IMG/VR virus record: IMGVR_UViG_2627853844_000002
DNA: 19,945 nucleotides
From: a virus
Taxonomy: Duplodnaviria; Heunggongvirae; Uroviricota; Caudoviricetes
Direction: 5' to 3' (one strand)
Shown in pieces: positions 7,257-15,149 of this stretch. Below the pieces are notes generated by a model, which was given only the letters and a program-made list of their open reading frames with translations, was not told the origin of the DNA and ran no database searches. Both the position numbers and the translations under genes were made by a program. Within the stretch, counting starts at the first letter, position 1. Every line of letters starts with the position of its first letter.

Positions 7257-7541
7257 AAATGGGGCAATGGTAATGTTGAATCTCATCCCGGGACTCATGT
7301 CTGTTAACTTATTATTTAGCTGGTGACTTGGTTATTTGCCTGATGTTTAAAATGTTTTCTTCCAGTACAATGTCCCTAAACACAATGAGTCTGCTTATTA
7401 TATTATTAGCAGAGCTATTACGGCCAAAGTACAGCATAAGCTTTTAAAGCCAATCAACCAGTCATCAAGACAGACGGGGTTATTCATAAAAACTCTCCAT
7501 GTGTGATCCGATGGGGCCTGAAATTAAAGCTTTAATATAGC

Positions 7542-7754
7542 TCATGAAAGGTAAACATTGGCAGCTGAAGGGCCACGCAGACCATTTATCCGGCAAAATT
7601 CCACGCGTAATCCGGTGGTAATTTCTTCTGCATCGCGGAGATTGAGCGCTGAAACATGAAGCTGGACATCGATACGACCATCGGATGGGGTGATAAGACC
7701 CTTGCCGCTTTTGCCGTCAAAGGTTTTGACAATTCCTGTCATTTTACGGGACAA
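7542..7754 (-). CDS. cspF: Cold-shock protein family member CspF (70 aa)
   Basis: ORF translation [70 protein letters not shown]. Confidence 0.9.
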
Positions 7755-8054
7755 AAAAATTCCTTAATACTGATAACTTGGCGCACTATACACACGTTCC
7801 TGAAGAAAGCTATAGTTTTTTGATGGGGTTGAAGATGGCTGGATGTCTAAAATAAACATTGCTTCATATGTTCAACTATGCGTTAATGATTGCGTCGGTT
7901 TGAAGAACAGACGATATACGAAGTAGTTTACTAAAGCAGTTCTCATTTCAGGTGTTATTCACTTATTCCTTCTTTGAGTCTCTCCAATTAAGTACGAAGT
8001 CGTTTCTGTTATGCAAACCATTTATGCCGAAAGGCTCAAGTTAAGGAATGTAGA

Positions 8055-8270
8055 ATGTCAAATAAAATGACTGGTTTAGTAAAATGGTTTAACGCTGATA
8101 AAGGTTTCGGCTTTATTTCTCCTGTTGATGGTAGTAAAGATGTGTTTGTGCATTTTTCTGCGATTCAGAATGATAATTATCGAACCTTATTTGAAGGTCA
8201 AAAGGTTACCTTCTCTATAGAGAGTGGTGCTAAAGGTCCTGCAGCAGCAAATGTCATCATTACTGATTAA
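8055..8270 (+). CDS. cspB: Cold-shock protein CspB (71 aa)
   Basis: ORF translation [71 protein letters not shown]. Confidence 0.95.
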   Translation: MSNKMTGLVKWFNADKGFGFISPVDGSKDVFVHFSAIQNDNYRTLFEGQKVTFSIESGAKGPAAANVIITD

Positions 8271-8381
8271 AATTCATCGCTCGTCTGTATACGATAACGA
8301 AGAAGGCTGATGCCTGAGTAGAGATACGGACAGAGTAGTGAATATTGGATCTCTTTAATAAAAAGTAAGGAGGTCCAATAC

Positions 8382-8417
8382 ATGAAACAATGGCTAGCAT
8401 ATTTGGCAAAATCTTAA
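8382..8417 (+). CDS. Candidate 11-codon mini-ORF (MKQWLAYLAKS) with a near-consensus Shine-Dalgarno
   Basis: TAAGGAGGT at 8366-8374, 8-nt spacer, ATG at 8382, stop TAA at 8415-8417; no other evidence of translation. Confidence 0.3.
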   Translation: MKQWLAYLAKS

Positions 8418-8551
8418 TCAGGAAAAGTATGCTAACCATTGTGGTGAAGTGCAGGTTTGCTGCATGAATAGTTTTACAGCAGAAGCTAACTGCTGGCATG
8501 GCAAAACAAAGTGCGTAAGTGGATGACTCCCACAAAAAGCACCACAATCTC

Positions 8552-8576
8552 AAACCCGCTCAGGCGGGTTTTTTAT
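8552..8576 (+). terminator. Rho-independent (possibly bidirectional) terminator between the cspB region and a convergent small ORF
   Basis: CCCGC-TCAG-GCGGG hairpin (8555-8568) followed by TTTTTT ATTAT. Confidence 0.7.
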
Positions 8577-8633
8577 TATCTGCTTTAAATATATTATTAA
8601 AATATAGAAAATACTTGTTACTAATAAAATCAA

Positions 8634-8804
8634 TCAGGCTACAGCTTTAAGATTTGTCTGGAATACTTTGTTGCAATGAGGGCAGATCAAAAGGGCACCT
8701 TTTTGTACTCTTGAAAAACTGTGTTCTGACTCTTGGGTGCAGTTTGGGCAGGAACATTTAACGAGATAATTACGGCGTGATTTTGAGTTTTTACGTTCTG
8801 ACAT
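8634..8804 (-). CDS. Small zinc-ribbon protein (56 aa; C-x-C-x2-C ... C-x2-C); possibly the small protein annotated as ynfU in recent K-12 annotations
   Basis: Internal Met of ORF 8634..8855: MSERKNSKSRRNYLVKCSCPNCTQESEHSFSRVQKGALLICPHCNKVFQTNLKAVA; AGGA SD about 8 nt upstream of the ATG. Confidence 0.5.
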   Translation of the reverse strand: MSERKNSKSRRNYLVKCSCPNCTQESEHSFSRVQKGALLICPHCNKVFQTNLKAVA

Positions 8805-9023
8805 AGGCTTTTCCTGTATAAATGGCCGTATACAGTACACTAAATATGAAAACATTTCTCGTATTATTATTTTATATATGACTTTCTTTCAAAATAATTA
8901 CCCACATTTTTAATGTGTATGTTTTTTTAGCGCCGTTGAGAACAACGTGTGCTGTCAAAACTACCCCGTAGACTCCGATCTTTTCAAACATATTGCACCA
9001 TCCGTGTACATCGGGGTGAGGAT

Positions 9024-9239
9024 ATGAAATCAATGGATAAGTTAACAACAGGTGTTGCCTATGGCACATCGGCGGGTAATGCTGGTTTCTGGGCATTGCA
9101 GTTACTCGATAAAGTAACTCCGTCACAGTGGGCTGCAATCGGTGTGCTGGGTAGCCTGGTTTTTGGCCTGCTGACGTATCTGACAAATCTTTATTTCAAG
9201 ATTAAAGAAGACAGGCGTAAGGCTGCGAGAGGAGAGTAA
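9024..9239 (+). CDS. essQ: Pinholin (S21-like class II holin) with dual-start MKSM motif (71 aa)
   Basis: Internal start of ORF 8949..9239: [71 protein letters not shown], closely resembling the phage 21 pinholin as recalled. Confidence 0.85.
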   Translation: MKSMDKLTTGVAYGTSAGNAGFWALQLLDKVTPSQWAAIGVLGSLVFGLLTYLTNLYFKIKEDRRKAARGE

Positions 9240-9243
9240 TCCA

Positions 9244-9551
9244 ATGACTCAAGACTATGAACTGGTTGTGAAAGGAGTCCGTAATTTTGAGAATAAAGTT
9301 ACGGTAACTGTAGCCTTACAGGACAAAGAACGCTTTGACGGTGAAATTTTTGACCTGGATGTCGCCATGGACCGTGTTGAAGGAGCTGCGCTGGAGTTTT
9401 ATGAGGCAGCAGCCAGAAGGAGCGTCCGGCAAGTCTTCCTGGAAGTAGCAGAAAAATTGTCAGAAAAAGTTGAGTCTTATCTGCAGCATCAGTACTCCTT
9501 TAAGATTGAAAATCCTGCCAATAAGCACGAGCGTCCTCATCATAAATATCT

Positions 9552-9555
<4 letters not shown>
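9244..9555 (+). CDS. ydfR: YdfR, uncharacterised protein inserted between holin and endolysin (103 aa)
   Basis: ORF translation MTQDYELVVKGVRNFENKVTVTVALQDKERFDGEIFDLDVAMDRVEGAALEFYEAAARRSVRQVF... Confidence 0.75.
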
Positions 9556-10579
<1,024 letters not shown>

Positions 10580-10941
10580 GGTAATATTAAATCGGAACAT
10601 TTACATCGCGGAATGTAAAATTTAAATAAAAAGGACTCTTCCATGAGCCAAAATTCCTGAAATCTTAAGGGTAAGATAAAAGGTCTTAATCAGAATGACA
10701 CGTTTTATTAATAAATAAAGCTATTCTTTCATTGCTGTGTTTTTCTTTACAAAAGTAATCCTTGCTATGGGTGGTTAATCATGCGTTAATGGTGTTCTGG
10801 TTTGTTACAAATTTATCTGAAGCAGTCATTGTTATAATTTTATTATTTGTACCTCTTGAGATTTCCTTGTTGGTTTTTCTCTCTGATATTTTTTTTCGGA
10901 CCATTCTGCCCAAGGGCTAATTTCTTCAAAAGGTAATAATT

Positions 10942-11154
10942 ATGTCTAACAAAATGACTGGTTTAGTGAAATGGTTTAACCCTGAAAAAGGTTTTGGTTT
11001 CATCACGCCGAAAGATGGCAGCAAAGATGTGTTTGTCCATTTCTCAGCAATTCAGAGCAACGATTTCAAAACATTAACTGAGAATCAGGAAGTTGAATTT
11101 GGTATTGAGAACGGACCTAAAGGTCCTGCCGCTGTTCATGTAGTGGCGCTTTGA
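10942..11154 (+). CDS. cspI: Cold-shock protein CspI (70 aa)
   Basis: ORF translation [70 protein letters not shown]. Confidence 0.95.
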   Translation: MSNKMTGLVKWFNPEKGFGFITPKDGSKDVFVHFSAIQSNDFKTLTENQEVEFGIENGPKGPAAVHVVAL

Positions 11155-11353
11155 GGTAGACAATATTACAAACCATATTCACTTTAGATGCCCGTGTTGT
11201 CATGGTTCCCAGTATAGAACATCATCTTTTGATGTTTCTGACATGAATCCTTTCGGGGCAAAATGTATCTTTTGTAAATCAATGATGATTACATTTGATA
11301 ATATTTCACAATACTTAAATGCCAGCCGTCTGTCGTTGGATTTAAAAAAGTGA
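11144..11353 (+). pseudogene. Zinc-ribbon-like reading frame (paralog of the 8634..8804 ORF) lacking any canonical in-frame start before its first Cys cluster; only the C-terminal 36 codons (ATG 11243) are conventionally translatable
   Basis: Frame +1 relative to cspI reads ...FRCPCCHGSQYRTSSFDVSDMNPFGAKCIFCKSMMITFDNISQYLNASRLSLDLKK*; an ATG at 11188 is out of frame by one nucleotide (ATG CCC GTG ... stops after 9 codons). Confidence 0.35.
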
Positions 11354-11358
11354 AAATG

Positions 11359-11386
11359 AAGGCTCCTTCGGGAGCTTTTTTGCTTG
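11359..11386 (+). terminator. Rho-independent terminator downstream of cspI and the zinc-ribbon frame
   Basis: GCTCC-TTCG-GGAGC hairpin (11362-11375) followed by TTTTTTG. Confidence 0.7.
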
Positions 11387-11499
11387 GTGTCTATTCGATG
11401 GATACTCACATACTACGGTAACATCATGAAAAAAATCATAGTTTTTTTAACTCTGAACCAGCAGTGGTAGTGCCAGCGATGACTGGAGTTAACACCATC

Positions 11500-11655
11500 A
11501 TGCGTGAATATCCAAATGGCGAAAAAACACACCTTACTGTAATGGCCGCAGGGTTTCCATCTCTGACCGGAGATCATAAAGTCATTTATGTAGCCGCGGA
11601 TCGACATGTTACTTCAGAAGAAATTCTGGAAGCAGCAATAAGGCTCTTGAGTTGA
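11500..11655 (+). CDS. ynfN: Small Qin prophage protein YnfN (51 aa)
   Basis: Internal ATG of ORF 11464..11655: MREYPNGEKTHLTVMAAGFPSLTGDHKVIYVAADRHVTSEEILEAAIRLLS; length matches recollection. Confidence 0.6.
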   Translation: MREYPNGEKTHLTVMAAGFPSLTGDHKVIYVAADRHVTSEEILEAAIRLLS

Positions 11656-11826
11656 TTTGATGCTATTGCATTGATAATTCAGGAAAATTCTCTTTGTCTG
11701 TTTGTGTAAAATTTAGACTATCGTATGTTGATTATTGCGATGTTTCATCTTATCTTTTACACGTTTGCACCATATAATCGACTTACTGTGTAACTGGAAA
11801 GTCATAACAGACTAAAAGAGGAAATG

Positions 11827-12000
11827 ATGAATATTGAAAACTTAAAAACAAAAGCAGAAGCAGATATTTCTGAATATATAACAAAAAAAATTATTGAACT
11901 TAAGAAAAAGACCGGGAAAGAAGTTACCAGTATTCAGTTTACCGCACGGGAAAAAATGACGGGTCTTGAAAGCTATGATGTCAAGATTAATTTAATCTGA
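11827..12000 (+). CDS. gnsB: GnsB (57 aa), Gns-family small protein
   Basis: Manual translation MNIENLKTKAEADISEYITKKIIELKKKTGKEVTSIQFTAREKMTGLESYDVKINLI; a weak hairpin with a U-run follows at about 12030-12055. Confidence 0.85.
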   Translation: MNIENLKTKAEADISEYITKKIIELKKKTGKEVTSIQFTAREKMTGLESYDVKINLI

Positions 12001-12151
12001 TGTATTCAATAATAAAATTTATCCATAAACCTCGTTTTTACGGGGTTTTGTTATATTTGAATGGTTCCGAATATCTAAATCACAATTGTTGATGGTTTTT
12101 ATTAAACCAATGCAGTCCGGCTCAGGAGTGAGAGAAGCCGGACGTTATGGT

Positions 12152-12562
12152 TTAGCGTGGTAAGATCTGTGTAGTTTTCTGGATGCTTTCAGTAAATAGT
12201 AATGAATTATCAAAGGTATAGTAATATCTTTTTTGTTCGTGGATATTTGTAACCCACCGAAAAACTCCTGCTTTAGCAAGGTTTCTTCTGTATTCCTGAA
12301 ATGTGATCTCTCTGGATTTCAGCTTATTAGAGGTCGTTTCTATAAGATGCCTATCCTTTGAAAATTTGACAGACACAATGTTTTTTAGGCCCTTTAATAA
12401 CACTGTATTATCATTTTTTAATACAATATGAACATTCTCTGTGGCTAAATAGTAAATGTAATGTGAGACATTGTGACGTTTTAGCTCAGAATAAAACCAT
12501 TGATAGTTTAAATCGTTTCGAACTTTATCAAATATTTGTTTAAAAATGACTACCTGATCCAT
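12152..12562 (-). CDS. ydfO: YdfO, DUF1398-family prophage protein (136 aa)
   Basis: ORF translation [54 protein letters not shown]...; GGAAGG SD 7 nt upstream of ATG 12562; an IS10 end lies 37 bp upstream. Confidence 0.8.
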
Positions 12563-12589
12563 AGATAAACCTTCCATGTGATATGAGGG

Positions 12590-12598
12590 GGCGTAGTC
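12590..12598. repeat. IS10 target-site duplication, left copy (GGCGTAGTC)
   Basis: Identical 9-mer directly abuts both IS10 termini (12590-12598 and 13928-13936). Confidence 0.9.
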
Positions 12599-12644
12599 CT
12601 GATGAATCCCCTAATGATTTTGGTAAAAATCATTAAGTTAAGGT

Positions 12645-12713
12645 GGATACACATCTTGTCATATGATCAAATGGTTTCGCGAAAAATCAATAATCAGACA
12701 ACAAGATGTGCGA
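12645..12713 (-). ncRNA. IS10 antisense RNA-OUT (from pOUT; represses transposase translation); coordinates approximate
   Basis: Placed from established IS10 organisation (RNA-OUT covering roughly IS10 nt 47-115, overlapping the transposase start at nt 108); not derived independently from the sequence. Confidence 0.5.
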
Positions 12714-13914
12714 ACTCGATATTTTACACGACTCTCTTTACCAATTCTGCCCCGAATTACACTTAAAACGACTCAACAGCTTAACGTTGGCTTGCCACGC
12801 ATTACTTGACTGTAAAACTCTCACTCTTACCGAACTTGGCCGTAACCTGCCAACCAAAGCGAGAACAAAACATAACATCAAACGAATCGACCGATTGTTA
12901 GGTAATCGTCACCTCCACAAAGAGCGACTCGCTGTATACCGTTGGCATGCTAGCTTTATCTGTTCGGGCAATACGATGCCCATTGTACTTGTTGACTGGT
13001 CTGATATTCGTGAGCAAAAACGACTTATGGTATTGCGAGCTTCAGTCGCACTACACGGTCGTTCTGTTACTCTTTATGAGAAAGCGTTCCCGCTTTCAGA
13101 GCAATGTTCAAAGAAAGCTCATGACCAATTTCTAGCCGACCTTGCGAGCATTCTACCGAGTAACACCACACCGCTCATTGTCAGTGATGCTGGCTTTAAA
13201 GTGCCATGGTATAAATCCGTTGAGAAGCTGGGTTGGTACTGGTTAAGTCGAGTAAGAGGAAAAGTACAATATGCAGACCTAGGAGCGGAAAACTGGAAAC
13301 CTATCAGCAACTTACATGATATGTCATCTAGTCACTCAAAGACTTTAGGCTATAAGAGGCTGACTAAAAGCAATCCAATCTCATGCCAAATTCTATTGTA
13401 TAAATCTCGCTCTAAAGGCCGAAAAAATCAGCGCTCGACACGGACTCATTGTCACCACCCGTCACCTAAAATCTACTCAGCGTCGGCAAAGGAGCCATGG
13501 GTTCTAGCAACTAACTTACCTGTTGAAATTCGAACACCCAAACAACTTGTTAATATCTATTCGAAGCGAATGCAGATTGAAGAAACCTTCCGAGACTTGA
13601 AAAGTCCTGCCTACGGACTAGGCCTACGCCATAGCCGAACGAGCAGCTCAGAGCGTTTTGATATCATGCTGCTAATCGCCCTGATGCTTCAACTAACATG
13701 TTGGCTTGCGGGCGTTCATGCTCAGAAACAAGGTTGGGACAAGCACTTCCAGGCTAACACAGTCAGAAATCGAAACGTACTCTCAACAGTTCGCTTAGGC
13801 ATGGAAGTTTTGCGGCATTCTGGCTACACAATAACAAGGGAAGACTTACTCGTGGCTGCAACCCTACTAGCTCAAAATTTATTCACACATGGTTACGCTT
13901 TGGGGAAATTATGA
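12706..13914 (+). CDS. IS10 transposase (402 aa)
   Basis: ORF translation MCELDILHDSLYQFCPELHLKRLNSLTLACHALLDCKTLTLTELGRNLPTKARTKHNIKRIDRLL... recognised as IS10 transposase; start at IS10 nt 108. Confidence 0.95.
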   Translation: MCELDILHDSLYQFCPELHLKRLNSLTLACHALLDCKTLTLTELGRNLPTKARTKHNIKRIDRLLGNRHLHKERLAVYRWHASFICSGNTMPIVLVDWSDIREQKRLMVLRASVALHGRSVTLYEKAFPLSEQCSKKAHDQFLADLASILPSNTTPLIVSDAGFKVPWYKSVEKLGWYWLSRVRGKVQYADLGAENWKPISNLHDMSSSHSKTLGYKRLTKSNPISCQILLYKSRSKGRKNQRSTRTHCHHPSPKIYSASAKEPWVLATNLPVEIRTPKQLVNIYSKRMQIEETFRDLKSPAYGLGLRHSRTSSSERFDIMLLIALMLQLTCWLAGVHAQKQGWDKHFQANTVRNRNVLSTVRLGMEVLRHSGYTITREDLLVAATLLAQNLFTHGYALGKL

Positions 13915-13927
13915 GGGGATCTCTCAG

Positions 13928-13936
13928 GGCGTAGTC
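13928..13936. repeat. IS10 target-site duplication, right copy (GGCGTAGTC)
   Basis: Same 9-mer as 12590-12598, directly after the IS10 inside end. Confidence 0.9.
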
Positions 13937-13957
13937 TGCACGATTATCTAAATTGCT

Positions 13958-14191
13958 TCAATCTGGTCTGACCTGTTTTCTGAGCAATTCAGTAATGTCA
14001 CTCTTTTCTTTGTTTGCTTCAGAAGAAACTCTTTTTTCTGAGCACAGTCTCCGGCGGCAGGCTTCAATGACCCAGGCTGAGAAATTCCCGGACCCTTTTT
14101 GCTCAAGAGCGATGTTAATTTGTTCAATCATTTGGTTAGGAAAGCGGATGTTGCGGGTTGTTGTTCTGCGGGTTCTGTTCTTCGTTGACAT
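13958..14191 (-). CDS. ynfO: YnfO, uncharacterised prophage protein (77 aa)
   Basis: ORF translation MSTKNRTRRTTTRNIRFPNQMIEQINIALEQKGSGNFSAWVIEACRRRLCSEKRVSSEANKEKSDITELLRKQVRPD; stop lies 22 bp from the IS10 target duplication. Confidence 0.7.
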   Translation of the reverse strand: MSTKNRTRRTTTRNIRFPNQMIEQINIALEQKGSGNFSAWVIEACRRRLCSEKRVSSEANKEKSDITELLRKQVRPD

Positions 14192-14329
14192 GAGGTTGCC
14201 CCGTATTCAGTGTCGCTGATTTGTATTGTCTGAAGTTGTTTTTACGTTAAGTTGATGCAGATCAATTAATACGATACCTGCGTCATAATTGATTATTTGA
14301 CGTGGTTTGATGGCCTCCACGCACGTTGT

Positions 14330-14579
14330 GATATGTAGATGATAATCATTATCACTTTACGGGTCCTTTCCGGTGATCCGACAGGTTACGGGGCGGCGAC
14401 CTCGCGGGTTTTCGCTATTTATGAAAATTTTCCGGTTTAAGGCATTTCCGTTCTTCTTCGTCGTAACTTAATGTTTTTATTTAAAATACCCCCTGAAAAG
14501 AAAGGAAACGACAGGTGCTGAAAACGAGCTTTTGGGCCTCTGTCGTTTCCTTTCTCTGTTTTTGGCCGTGGAATGAACA
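14330..14579 (+). other. Lambda-type cohesive-end site: cosQ / cosN (GGGCGGCGACCT at 14391-14402) / cosB
   Basis: CGCACGTTGTGATATGTAGATGATAATCATTATCACTTTACGGGTCCTTTCCGGTGATCCGACAGGTTACG followed by GGGCGGCGACCTCGCGGGTTTTCGCTATTTATGAAAATTTTCCGG... matches the lambda right-end/left-end junction as I recall it, with a few substitutions in cosB. Confidence 0.85.
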
Positions 14580-15149
14580 ATGGAAGTCAACAAAAAGCAG
14601 CTGGCTGACATTTTCGGTGCGAGTATCCGTACCATTCAGAACTGGCAGGAACAGGGAATGCCCGTTCTGCGAGGCGGTGGCAAGGGTAATGAGGTGCTTT
14701 ATGACTCTGCCGCCGTTATAAGATGGTATGCCGAAAGGGATGCTGAAATTGAGAACGAAAAGCTGCGCCGGGAAGTTGAAGAACTGCGGCAGGCCAGCGA
14801 GACAGATCTCCAGCCAGGGACTATTGAGTACGAACGCCATCGACTTACGCGTGCGCAGGCCGACGCACAGGAGCTGAAAAATGCCAGAGACTCCGCTGAA
14901 GTGGTGGAAACCGCATTCTGTACTTTCGTGCTGTCGCGGATCGCAGGTGAAATTGCCAGTATTCTCGACGGGATCCCCCTGTCGGTGCAGCGGCGTTTTC
15001 CGGAACTGGAAAACCGACATGTTGATTTCCTGAAACGGGATATCATCAAAGCCATGAACAAAGCAGCCGCGCTGGATGAACTGATACCGGGGTTGCTGAG
15101 TGAATATAACCGCGCTGACAGACAATACGCAGGGGGCAGCAGGTCTTGA
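14580..15149 (+). CDS. nohA: Terminase small subunit Nu1 homolog, C-terminally altered by a deletion fusion (189 aa)
   Basis: ORF translation [46 protein letters not shown]... matches lambda Nu1 as recalled up to ...LLSEY, then diverges into [13 protein letters not shown] where the sequence joins stf. Confidence 0.9.
   Translation: MEVNKKQLADIFGASIRTIQNWQEQGMPVLRGGGKGNEVLYDSAAVIRWYAERDAEIENEKLRREVEELRQASETDLQPGTIEYERHRLTRAQADAQELKNARDSAEVVETAFCTFVLSRIAGEIASILDGIPLSVQRRFPELENRHVDFLKRDIIKAMNKAAALDELIPGLLSEYNRADRQYAGGSRS

Larger units (their letters stand above)
12599..13927 (+). mobile_element. Insertion sequence IS10 (Tn10-type, IS4 family), complete 1329 bp; outside end at 12599, inside end at 13927
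   Basis: Outside end CTGATGAATCCCCTAATGATTTTGGTAAAAATCATTAAG and inside end ...ATGAGGGGATCTCTCAG form the imperfect terminal inverted repeats; intact 402-aa transposase; flanking 9-bp direct repeats. Confidence 0.95.

Noticed and set aside
10830-10840. TATAAT hexamer upstream of cspI, considered as the cspI promoter -10
   Set aside because: No acceptable -35 element at 16-18 bp spacing; I could not place the cspI promoter from sequence alone.
11200-11607. Minus-strand ORFs 11200..11409 and 11413..11607
   Set aside because: Antisense to the zinc-ribbon frame and to ynfN, whose plus-strand readings give more plausible proteins.
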